Positions 52,701 through 64,000 of a stretch of 64,000 nucleotides of DNA are shown here, in pieces. The DNA is taken from contig OZ037767.1 in NCBI GenBank assembly GCA_964035545.1, positions 25,002,628-25,066,627 of the forward strand, written 5' to 3'. Made by a program: the position numbers and the translations under genes. This DNA comes from Bugula neritina (Eukaryota; Animalia; Bryozoa). The notes beneath the pieces are model-generated. The model was not told where the DNA came from. It ran no database searches and saw only the letters and a program-made list of their open reading frames with translations. Position 1 is the first letter of the stretch. Each line of letters begins with the position of its first letter.

Positions 52701-55700
52701 ACAAATATCACTGCATAGTTGCTACCACCGAAATAAACATATAGTAAAGCTTCAAAGGTATAAATACAGTGCATTGATATAGTAAGAATTCAAATATGAT
52801 ACAAAATCATGACAAGCTAACAACATTTCACTGCTGTGCACTCAAATATTTTAAAAATAAACAACAGAAGTTGTCTTATTTACTATGTTTTCAGCCTATA
52901 AATTGCATTATTCTAGCCAATTATTTATTATAATTATTAGTTCTCTAGTGCTAGGAACTACATATTTACTGGAGTTATGTGCACCTGCTAATCAAGTAGC
53001 AACTTAACTACACACAGTTGAAAGCAACTACCTTCAACAGTGTTGTGCAGTGACAACTACCACATGTTTCTTAAATGTGAAGTTATCTTCCCACTGTTTC
53101 CAACAGCCACAGAAATAGTCTATTACAAAGTCTGAGCATCTATTCTATTGCATTGCATTTTGGGATTGACTGACTGACCAACAGTTGAAGTATATTTAGC
53201 TCTGCATAGCATAGCATGAATAGGGATAAAACTAACAAGATATTATTGAAATGCTATATTGCATAATATATTATATTAAATATAATATAAAATAATATAG
53301 TACATTACATAATACGCCGTACCATAAAATAATATATTATGTTATGATAGAACAGTCTATACACTCACTTTACTACGCTGCTCTGGATTTAATTCTGGCA
53401 ATGCTAGATTTTTAAACACTTTCCCAGGAACATGCTCCATCAGGTAGAAAGGAGTTCCTAGAACACTGTTATGAAAACATAGCCATTAATAAGCAGCAGA
53501 CTGCATCGAAGAACCTAATGTGACTTCTAAATATTTAATGATTTTGTAGACTGGCCTCACCTTTCATCATCACAAAACGCTAACATTTTTGGGACGGGCA
53601 CACCCTGTCCGGCTAAAGCTTTCATTACTGTATACTCTCGATCTACAGCATGGGCAGACGGCAGTATCTTTCCAGGAGGTTTCTTCCGTAGCACCATGTT
53701 TCTTCCAGCGTACTGGATGAGGTAAGTTGGGTTGGACTGGCCGTGTTTGTAACTCCTCACATGAGGTGAACCTATAGAAGCCATCACTTTGACTCAGGTA
53801 AAGGTAACTTGATATTTTGTTTGTGATAGCTCAGTCAGGAGTATTTTAAACAAGATAATACTTTAAACAAAGACATACTTTTACACTGGCATACAAGCAA
53901 CTATGTTTTTGAAATTATGCTTTTAATTATCAAATACACCAGAATGAAACAGACCTGTGCCATGGAAACCAATAGATTCCAAATAGCCTTTGATCTTGTT
54001 GATATCAAGTTTAAGTCTCTCAGGGACCCTTTCAGTCCCACCCAATGGACAAGGTAGGTGCACACCAGTCAGCTGAGATAATTCCTTTAGAGCCTCATCT
54101 CTATTTTCTGTAACCTAAAGTAAATTTAGATTACTTCAAATTTGCCAACATCAAGCAGAGAATCACCTAATAACAACCAACACAAATATATTTCACAAGA
54201 AAAAAAACAATCAAACTTGTGAGATGTGAAACAAAGAAAACTCAGTGATACTGCTAGAATTTACTTCTGCAGTAGTACTAGCACTAGTAATAGTAGTACT
54301 ACTATTACTATTACTGTACTATTAGTAGTAGTACTAGTAGTAACGACTAGTAAAAGTACTATTAATAGTACTAGTAGTCACACTAATGCTAGCGCTACAT
54401 AGTTCCATGAAATGTATTTGAAACAACAACTGTAATAATAATTCTAGTGATATGAGCTTCCACTGTTAAAATTTGAAAAAATTAGAATTTCACTAGCAAA
54501 CTTTTAGTAACTTCACACCATACAAACATAACTACCTGCGCTATCTACTTTCATATGAGAGATCTTGTGTAGTGCTTAGCATCATCAGAGAGAAATGAGT
54601 CAACAAGATTAGATTTTAGACAACACGGTGAAGCTATAGTCTATAGCCTATAAAAACAACTTGTTCAAACACTCCTTTGCTTACTTTGATAGTTTTTATT
54701 CCAAATTGGGCAGCTGCCTTTAAGTTCTCTCCGATGTCATCCAGGAAAACTGCTTCGTCACCCGACACTTTTAATTCTTCTAGAACTTTCTTGTAGATAG
54801 TGTGTTCTGGCTTCCTTGTCTTGCTTTTTGCTGATTCAACTATCTACAAGGTTGATTTAGAAAAAAATTAATGGATATTAAATTTTCCTGCAAAATTACA
54901 GCATATTCCCCATCTTTGTTTGAAAAGAGCCAATACAGACATAGCAACATGAAAAAAAACTACTTTGACTTTCAAAATTTGATATTTATTTCACAAGGCA
55001 ACATTTAATTATATTTTATACAGTCTAGTCAACATGGCATACCCAACGCCAGAAAACATATATAAACTCTAAAAAATATATTATAAACATGTTAAGCGTC
55101 ATCTAAGCATACTTATTTTATGCTGAGAGACTACATTGAAATTATATAAGCGTGGATATTTCTAACTAACCACATCAAACATTGGTCCAAAGTATGAGGA
55201 TATCACCGTCTGATTGGCCAGCTGCTCTTGCTCATTAGCGAACCAGTTATTAGTTAGCAGTGCAGTTCTGAGACCACGCCCTCTCAGGGTGTTGACAGCA
55301 TTTATCATATCAGGGAAAGGTTCTGCAGTTACTCTGGTCATCTCCTCTATCAGTCCAGACATATCCACTGACTTCCCAGTCTAAAGCACAGGTACATCTC
55401 TCTGTCACTTTGTTAAGAGGTCAATGCAGTGTGTCTTAGAATTTGAAATACAAACTTCAAAACTATAATTTAGAAGAGAGTAATTTGAAGACAAAATAAT
55501 AATTAGTTTTTGATAACCTATAGATTGGGCATATACAAAACTTCCCAACTTATATGACTGGCTTTTATTTAATTATTGAAAAAACAAAAATAGTTCTGCC
55601 CAGAATCTAGAATATATACTTATATCCATGTAGCATATAAGTATATATAATAGATCTCTATCTGATTGCAGCTGCAAATAGAACTATAATATATATATGA

Positions 55701-57129
55701 AATATTTTTGCATATTCACCACATCTACGCTACTTGACAAATGATGAAAAAGCCTTTAGTGAGACATGCCACATGATATAGTTTGTTATACTGAGTAAAA
55801 GGTATAAATCATACCAAAGACTTGATATCCTCACTAAGATGCTGACTAAGTTGGGTGGAAGGGAATTCGCCCCTCTCCATCCTACACCAGGCACTGTTAC
55901 CACCAGCTCTGACTATGGTGGATACTATTAGTCCTGGGTCCAATTCTCGCTTCTTCTCAAACTCTAACGCATGACACACGAATTGAGCAAATACATAAAA
56001 ATTTAATACATATATACTTGTGTGTAATGTGTTTACAACTGGGTAATACCACAATATAAGATAACACATCTATGCAACAGCTTCACACACAGGCAATACT
56101 ATCACACCTAGGACTGACTTGCTTAGTCACGCCACTGTGCAGTGAAACTAAGAGCTGAAGCTATTGGTATTCAGTCAGCATTGTTAGTCTAAATTGTTAC
56201 ATTAATAATCACATGCATTTCCTCTATCAGTTAATATTTGAAACAGCTAAAATCTAATGTAGTACAGTAAGTATGCTATGCTAGTTCTCTAAAATGACAG
56301 AGCTTGAATCATCAAAATATACACCTTAAAGATAAAACTAATTCCCCCTCTTATAAGAACTCAGCCTAATTCAATCTTTTAATTTACCCATTACGTGAAA
56401 TAGTTTAAAAATCAATTACTGTACCAAATAATCTAGTGTACATGAATCAACAAGTCACCTATTCAATATATTCTGCTTATCGTTTACAATAAATAATTGC
56501 AACTACCAAAAACAAATGAGAAATAAACATAATGATATCAATTATAAAATACTGTCTAAGATGCATTATACACACTTTCATACAAAGATAAATAGTAATT
56601 AGTAGAATATGACCATATGAGTAGGTAAAACTTATACATGAAGTATAAGTTAGTGAGTTAGAAATTAATGAAACTAACTAGTAGAGCTAAAAGCTAACTC
56701 GAAGTGACATTAAATTTTAGAAAAGCTAGCAGGGACATTAGTTAAACCTTGTTGCAGCATATAAATACCTGCAAACACACGTCCAGGGCCTTGCACAAGA
56801 ACACCTCCCATGTCAAATATCACAGCCTTAAGCTGCCCATCACCTTTGCTACGAGTACTGACGCACTGAGCAGCAGTGGCACGCTGTAACACTTTCAGCC
56901 TTTGCACAGGTGCAACTGACCTAGTAATAACACTATATGTCTATATACTATATCTACTATGTGCTCAGCATACAAAAATATTATAGCTGAACATTTATTG
57001 GCTGCTTGTTGACTGTAGGAAGACTAGCTGTGATGTAAATGAAAGTAGCCAAACTTTCAAAAAATTACCCAAAATTCACTGACGGCAAAAATGGATAACT
57101 CTATCAATCACTTACCTCACTCTCAACAT
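40716..57129 (-). CDS. ACAD10: Acyl-CoA dehydrogenase family member 10 (HAD-like + APH-like kinase + ACAD domains), about 1034 aa
   Basis: 22 phase-consistent exons in transcript order: 57116-57129, 56769-56920, 55815-55963, 55171-55380, 54685-54843, 53955-54114, 53561-53771, 53369-53465, 52570-52682, 51620-51742 (GC donor), 50908-51053 (GC donor), 50340-50519, 47882-48022, 47043-47215, 46641-46781, 46195-46332, 45426-45555, 44763-44882, 44118-44290, 43648-43791, 41578-41655, 40716-40868; total 3105 nt. Motifs: [26 protein letters not shown] (HAD); [33 protein letters not shown] (APH); [55 protein letters not shown] (ACAD). The N-terminal HAD domain distinguishes it from ACAD11. Confidence 0.96.
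42468..42566. repeat. 33-bp tandem repeat, 3 diverged copies, in an ACAD10 intron
   Basis: atgggaaaggctggaatcattgccagtaatgta / atgggaaaggcagagccaattgtctgtaatgta / gtgggaaaggctgaaaccattgttggtaatata. Confidence 0.8.
44545..44660. repeat. Degenerate (CAATA)n pentanucleotide microsatellite
   Basis: 5-nt periodicity caata/caatg/catta. Confidence 0.85.
45560..45647. repeat. 21-bp tandem repeat, 4 copies, abutting an ACAD10 splice acceptor
   Basis: aaRtgtgaaSgtc...at units at 45560, 45581, 45602 and 45623; the acceptor AG (minus strand) is at 45557-45556. Confidence 0.85.
49645..49842. repeat. (TGAG)n-type tetranucleotide microsatellite in an ACAD10 intron
   Basis: tgag/taag/tgaa/ttag units with a pure (tgag)n core. 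Confidence 0.93.
51440..51643 (-). repeat. 41-bp minisatellite, 5 copies, each the last 24 nt of an ACAD10 exon plus the first 17 nt of the intron
   Basis: Minus-strand unit TACAGTAGTACACGGGRACTTCAG|GYAAGTCACTGATTATA. Confidence 0.97.
54271..54378. repeat. (TAG/TAC)n low-complexity trinucleotide tract
   Basis: agtagtactagcactagtaatagtagtactactattacta... Confidence 0.8.
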
Positions 57130-58479
57130 CTTGAAAGCTTGTGGTCTATGAAAATCTGTATAAAACGATAATTATCAACATTTGATTTCACAGTGCAATG
57201 CATAGCATATACATGTGAATAAGCAACTGAGTGCATTCAACCAATAAAATATTACTGTCCATCACTGACCAATAAATTTTCTTATGCAAAAGAGGCCGTT
57301 TATTTGTGAATAATTTGAAGTTGCTGAACTGTGAATAGAGCTTTATAAAATAATGTTTCTACTTTGCTATTTTTAACGCTACGTTAAATACACAAATGAT
57401 AACATTAGTCTGAGCTTTCAGCCATCCAAACAAAGAATTGAAGCAGGCAAGCCTTAAAGAAAATGTCAAAATTTTATATATTGAAGAACAATGTTAATGA
57501 TAGAAGTGATCATGCAGTTTTAAATCAGTTTAAAAACTAGGCCTAAGCCCCAAATAGGACCACAAGATTCTGGTATGGAGTAGAAAATTACATAGTGATA
57601 GCTATAATAGTAATACTACGCGCAACAACAATTAGTATTTATATGCGACATATTGATATTAATAATTATATTCCAAGCAAGAGCCATAGCCCATAGGCAT
57701 ATGTTTATGTTATACTTATAACTTATTAATAAAATAAAAGTATAGGCAGGAAAACTGTAAAAAAAATTCGTAGTAGAAGAATCAGAACCAATAATGGACT
57801 CAAATTAGATTTATCATGCTAGAGAAAAATAATGAAACCTATGAGTTTAGTAAGATGAGCTCAAAGTAATTGTAATTGCATTTAGATTTGAGCTTATACA
57901 TATTCATATTGTTATTCATGTTGATATTCATATTGTGAATAAATGAAAACAATTCACTCATTTTTATTCCAAACATTCATTTGATAATTCAGGCTAGACT
58001 TGCTACGAAAACTAAAAAACTTAAATGACTATGAGGCAAAACCAAGCATATGGTGCAGAATATCTACATGAAATAAAAACTATATTATAAAACAATTTGA
58101 TATTTAGTTCAAATTATTTCAAATCACAATTGCCCCAGGGTCCAACCCACTAATCTGTAAACAGCGATTGCAACTTAAAAAATGCTTAAATGGACACGTT
58201 AGAAATTTTGACGTTCAAGGTCACTAGTTAAGCTCTTTGAATTGGTTTGAGCAGCGTGATATATAGAAATATTTTTAGGTTTGAGAACCTTCCACAAGTA
58301 AAATTTTCTTTGTAGATTCCTAGGCAAAGCGCCTCCAATGCATGAACCTCACTCATTTTGTTACCACGATAGTGATTACTTTAAAATCAAAATGATAATT
58401 ACCAAATCAACCTAGCTCAAATTTCTTCTCAATTTTTGTAAACTTTCATAACCATAGTCATTTAGTTTTACACATTAGT

Positions 58480-59200
58480 CATTACCATTAGTTTATTATT
58501 ACTATACACCATCATCATAATCATCAACATATACTTATACTTATAGTTTTACATAATAATTCTAATAGTAATACTAATAGTTATAGTAATACTAATACTA
58601 ATAGTAATACTAATACTAATAGTAATACTAATAGTAATACTAATAGAGTAATAGTAATACTATTATAGTAATACTAATAGTAATAGTAATACTGATAGTA
58701 TCCAGTAATAGTAATAGTAATACTAATTGATAATCATAATGATAATGACTAATCATCATCATGATGATTATCATTATGATTATGATGAAATTAAATCAAA
58801 TAGTAAAATACATGGTGATGGTCATGCATCATGATGAACTCATGAGGACCATGGGCATGATTTGATGGTCATGGTGACCTCAACTTCAAGCTATAAGTTT
58901 TACTTTTGCAAGTATCAGTATTACTATCAGTATGAGTATCAGCATGACATTGACTATGAGTATGACTATCACTATCAGTATCAGTATGAGTATCAGTAAC
59001 TAAAAAAACTTAAATGATTATGATATTGAATTCGATACTCATACTCACTTACAGTTAGACTTAGTGTTACTCAGTGAGTGAGTATCAGTATGGTTATATT
59101 GATATTCTTAAAGTTAATATTACTATTATACTTAGTAATAGTTTTACTATTAGGCTTAGTATTATTGTTAATCTTATAGTTATTAGTATTACTTATTAGT
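58480..59200. repeat. Composite low-complexity region: (AGTAAT/ACTAAT)n, (CAT/GAT)n, (ATCAGT/ATGAGT)n
   Basis: Clear 3- and 6-nt periodicities between the ACAD10 and POLR3H start codons. Confidence 0.85.
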
Positions 59201-59415
59201 TATTCCTGTTAATATTCATATTGCTAATTATTTATTTGTATTTTATTAGAAAAATTCTTTTAGCTTTAGGTTTTGAATTTATTGCTAAATAGTGTTATTG
59301 TGTGTAACTGTATAGTGTATATAAAACCTTTGTTGGTCTAGGTGACAATTATTAACAATTGATTTTAAATTTATTTTGCTATTAACAGAGCATCTTTCTG
59401 TTTATAAAGGTGGAA

Positions 59416-61046
59416 ATGTTTGTTCTCACTGAGCTTAAAGACACAGTTACAATCTCTCCATGGCAGTTCAAACAGCCTCGCTTAGACTGTATTAAACAAA
59501 CCCTAAATAAAAGGTTTGCCAATAAGGTAAATTGTAATGCAATATAGAAATACATACAATATTCTTTTGATTACTTGCAGGCCATTTTGAAAGCCAGGCT
59601 TTTGATAATTTTAAACACTAAAATATTGTACATTTGTTTAGCTATTGAGTAAATTTTTTCATTTATTTACGAATAAAATACTTTTAATTAGTGATTTACC
59701 TTATTAAAACTTTTTTATAGTATATCGAATGCTAAAATGTATTTATGCAGTTTTTAGATATATAACATTAAATTAATTTGAATTGTTCAATAGTCTATAT
59801 ACTAAATATCTTCAGGTAGTTCACAAAGTGGGACTGTGCATTGCATTGTGGGACATTCAGAACATTGAAGATGCGTATATATTTCCTGGAGATGGTTCCT
59901 CCCATTCCGTAGTTCATTTTAGGTATGTGGTGTTTCGTCCATTTATGGATGAGATACTACTTGGGAAAATCAAAAGTTGCAGCAAGGAGGGTGTTAATGG
60001 TAAGTGTTTATAGTCAATATGCCATACTGCTAAAGTAAACAAACAAGCATAGCATTTTTAAATTTCTTTGAGTAAACAGTTGTTTCATTAATTTGTTTTC
60101 GTTTCCTGATTCTATGCCATACCGTTTACCATTCATATATATTTGAAATAAAATGTTGAGGCAGTTTTATGCAAATCACTTTGTTGTACATCTGATGAGT
60201 TTAGATATCTGATGACTCTAGTCATGTGATGACTCTAGACATGTGATGACTCTAGACATGTGATGACTCTAGTCATGTGATGACTCTAGACATAGGAACT
60301 AACGTTGTGGTCTGGAACACTTCTAGACAATATGTTATGGTTAAACAGAGTTTTGTCAGTTAGAATTCTGGAATTCTTGTATTGAGGAGACAACTTTCAA
60401 CAGTTAGTTCAGATGAGTGAGTCAGGTTTGCTGTGTCTGTGTGTCTTTGTTAATGTGAATCTGTGGTGTTTAGTTACAGTCAACTTCTATGATGACATTC
60501 TCATACCTGCCGAGTCTCTCCAGCACCCGGCCAGATTCGATGAATCGGAACAGCTGTGGGTGTGGGAATACTCCGGGGAAGATGAATCCCACGACCTGTT
60601 TATGGACATCGGCGAAGATATCAGATTCAGAGTGATAGATGAGACATTTACAGACACGTCACCAACCGGCCCTGAAGGTATGTTTTACATAGAACTTATT
60701 CTAAGTTACTAGCACATGTTTAACTGTTCATGGCATAACACATGTCGAAAATATCTGTCTGCCATCAACACTATGAAAACCATTGTAAGTGGGCATCTTT
60801 ATAAATCTGATTAAAATGTATTAAAAGAGTTTCGTTTACCACCTGTCTTCTGCAAATTTAGACCGAGTTATTAAGTCAGACATTAAATACTAGAGAATTA
60901 GGAGTTGTCTCATTATCTTTATATTTGGATGCTTAGGTCCTGGTGGTGCTGAAGCAGAGGAGGTGGAGAAAATATGCCCCTACTCAATCACAGGCTCTGT
61001 TAGTGAACCTGGGTTAGGACTATTATCCTGGTGGGCAAACACATAG
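59416..61046 (+). CDS. POLR3H: DNA-directed RNA polymerase III subunit RPC8 (RPC25), 202 aa
   Basis: Exons 59416-59526 ([18 protein letters not shown]...LNKRFANK), 59816-59999 ([14 protein letters not shown]...[36 protein letters not shown]), 60474-60677 (FYDDILIP...[12 protein letters not shown]...[13 protein letters not shown]), 60937-61046 ([22 protein letters not shown]); total 609 nt. Confidence 0.96.
60193..60293. repeat. 17-bp minisatellite (TGATGACTCTAGWCATG), 5 copies plus 1 diverged, in POLR3H intron 2
   Basis: Units at 60210, 60227, 60244, 60261 and 60278; diverged unit at 60193. Confidence 0.93.
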
Positions 61047-61221
61047 CAGCAGCTGTTATGTAGGCTAATCTAGATTTTAATATTTAATGTATTGATAATA
61101 CATTTTTATTCTCTGTATATTACAGTATTATGTAAATAATATGTGAAAACTTTATATTGCAAATTTTACAAAGTAACTTTTTACTTATGTTATATTTTCA
61201 CCTCTCCTGTCAGCTTACACA

Positions 61222-61227
61222 AATAAA
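61222..61227 (+). terminator. Polyadenylation signal AATAAA, likely for POLR3H
   Basis: First AATAAA after the stop at 61046; a second one is at 61388-61393. Confidence 0.5.
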
Positions 61228-61446
61228 AAGAAATTATTTTGCTAAGAGTTATCAGGTCTTGTCAAAGTATATTATAAATATTATCAGTGTTGATATTTTA
61301 ACAAACATACAATACAATGCACAGCAGTCAACTCTAGCTTGAAGTTGTCCTACATTGCAAAGTTTTATAGAAAACAAAAAAATGCCCAATAAATTTGAGT
61401 GAAAATAAAAATGGATATGTGTTAGAAAGTTGCTGGTTAAGTTTGT

Positions 61447-61465
61447 CCAATCTAATAACGCCACG
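61447..61465 (+). promoter_or_regulatory. Exact ER-stress response element consensus CCAAT-N9-CCACG
   Basis: CCAAT ctaataacg CCACG, with a spacer of exactly 9 nt; function is not shown. Confidence 0.45.
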
Positions 61466-64000
61466 TCTGAACATATCCCTGTTTCTGATTGATACATCTT
61501 ACTTGCAGCTCAGCCTTACACTTAGCTTACTGTTGGGTCAAAAGCCAACTCATAACATGTTGATCAAACCAAAACTGTTAAATGGTTACAGATGTTGAAC
61601 GACCTTGACCCTAGCTATACTGACCATGCATAATTTGTATTGGCAGTTGTCTATGTATATAAAACTGGTTAACCACACTGTGAATCCTACAAGATGGCAG
61701 AAATCCCTGTAAATTACTATTACTGATATAACCTTGCCATATGTCAATTCTCTAAATACTGCATTCATAATTCTATTTCATAGAAAACCACAACCTGTTT
61801 TTCTGGCAATACATGGATCAGATAGCCATAACATTGCTGCTGCAAACATTTATGCCACTGTTGGTTGAGAAGAGCAGCAGCATTGACACAGAAACTGTGC
61901 TTATATAGCTTAGAGTATTATATGAATTCATTTAAATTTTAAATGGACATGCTTCAGAGTTTTCTCATGTCGAACTTATAGCTGGTATTGCAATGCCTTT
62001 TCATAATTGAAAACATAGAAACAGATTTTTCTTATAATTCTAAGTTGCAGTTCATATAAAATGTGCTACAACAGGATTATAATATAATTGGATCAAAGAG
62101 CCTCATTTCAAGATTGTTTTAATTAAAGTTTTGAGATTAAAAATGAAGGTATTCCTGCAATTCTTGTACTAAAACATAAGGTTATTGTAATATATTACAG
62201 AGTATGGCATCACATTGTAGAAGTTTAAATTGATGTGCATCTACATAATACGCTCAGTTGAAAATGCCTTCTTATGGATTGAATTAACTAATTCAATTGA
62301 TGAGTTACACAATATCATAGGTTATGGTTGAGTATTTTAGTTTAAGTAGAAGAATAGCTACTATAGGACTTTAGTTGAGCTGTATTTTAAACTTTTAGAA
62401 TAAGTCAAACTAAAGAAGGTATTTTCCTAAGCCCAGTGGTAAGTTTTTATATTTTGGTTAAGATATTAAAATTCTGGCAATTTTATATACTGTTTGATTC
62501 AACAGAATTTTGTAATTACAGGGCAGCTGAAATATTCTATAGACACTCGGTAGTAAAACTTGCACTAATTTCATTAAGCTTAGAAAATTTTATAATAGTT
62601 ATATAAAGATTAAAATACAAAACAAAATGTGCAATATTGCACACTATAGCATATAAAAATTCACCTGATTAGGCATTATACATATATTTACATGTGTACC
62701 AATGCTGCCTAAATGATATAAAACTTAATGTATTTATGCAATATTTTGACAAAGTTCGACCAAAACATACCATAGAAAATATTTTCCAAGGTGAGTAGTG
62801 CAAAAGGTCAAATTATCACCTTATCACTAAAAGTAAGAATATGTTTATGATCTAGCTGGTTTTAACAATACCATAAAACAAGTAATGGTGTAGTGTTAAG
62901 TAAAAGTCTCCATTTCAACCAGTAGGTACTTAGCAAAAACAAGCATACCTTTTCAAAAGAGAGTATTTTGCATAAAGTGCAAATAATTCCTTTCAAACAT
63001 TCTTATCTATTTTTAAGATGACTCCATGTTGTTGGAAAATATAACTGTGGCTTATCAGCAAACAATAATAGTTCTCTTAATTCTATTTTTATTTCAATAT
63101 ATTATGATTGTATTATTGCAACTATATTATATAAATGTGTTGCGAATAACATCTCATTTTGATACGAGTACATCTTGCCACTTTTATTTAGTATCAGCTG
63201 CCATAATTAGCTTTATTTGTCAGCAAAACATTTTATATTTAGCACTGTATAAATTATAGTTTGCCAATCATTTTTCCTTCAGTCTTTGGTGAAGTCTGTT
63301 ATTGCAAAGAGGAAACTTGGTATGTAGGGATAGTTTAATAACTGAATGCTTATAGGCTTGTCTTTGTAAAATATTGGTGACTCAATCTTATATAATATAT
63401 AGCTGAAACTATTTCTAGTTATTGATGATTCTATTACAAGCTTCTGGTTGTATTATATGTTTTGCTAAAATCTCACAACTGCCACATTTTTAGTCATGCC
63501 CTATAGTGTGCTGAGTACAAAATATTATATAACAAAATGCTTAATATTTACCTTCAATATAATGCTACCTGCTCATATAAACTAAATAAAGCATTATATA
63601 GATAATGTATGTTATAGGCTAACGCTGTACAAATATTTTGTCAAATATGTATGCTATAGTTTGTATTAGTTTTGACTTGACTTCATTCCAATACACAATG
63701 ATTATATTATATAATGCTGTTTATAGATACAGCTTCTAACCTGTCCAATTGCTGAAACCTTAGTGTGTTGATGAAAGAGCAAAACATTTGTGCCTAAACT
63801 CAGTTATGCTACACTTATGTAGTTTTGTTGCACATACTATTTTACTATACACAATAAGAAAATTGTTGCTATAACAAATAAGTTTTAAGTTTTACTTGTT
63901 TGACACAATACAAATTATGTGTGTTGCTATAGAATTCTTGGTTCCTTTCAAGGTAGACAATAGCTTCTAAAAGTTTTTAATATCCGATTGGATTGGGACA

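Noticed and set aside
56875-56901. RLKVLQRAT in the ACAD10 N-terminus as a PTS2
   Set aside because: Positions 8-9 are A-T, not (H/Q)-(L/A/F).
60210-60410. Repeated GTGATGA (box C) in a POLR3H intron suggesting a C/D snoRNA
   Set aside because: No downstream CTGA box D or terminal stem; the motif is part of a minisatellite.
63026-63259. Hydrophobic 77-aa ORF
   Set aside because: Composition is what AT-rich non-coding DNA produces; no motif or splice support.

Overview
AT-rich, intron-rich animal genomic DNA, probably invertebrate; the species cannot be identified from sequence alone. Most ORFs in the supplied track are spurious or are single exons read through into introns. I rebuilt four genes by hand from splice sites and phase. 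(1) The 3' part of IFT88 (+, 897-9953). (2) A complete Eph receptor tyrosine kinase (+, 11994-39946, about 999 aa), with at least two alternative signal-peptide first exons. (3) A complete ACAD10-type HAD + APH-kinase + acyl-CoA dehydrogenase (-, 40716-57129, 22 exons, about 1034 aa), with a mitochondrial-type presequence and C-terminal SKL. (4) POLR3H/RPC8 (+, 59416-61046, 202 aa). The most unusual signal is tandem repeats built on splice signals. One Eph donor is present 10 times (17-bp unit). One ACAD10 exon/intron junction is present 5 times (41-bp unit); there the only productive donor is a non-canonical GC and four GT copies downstream all give a premature stop. Other candidates are a 21-nt IFT88 microexon, juxtamembrane alternative splicing in Eph, two consecutive GC-AG introns and an exact ERSE downstream of POLR3H. 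I could not support any tRNA, rRNA, CRISPR array or coding transposon.
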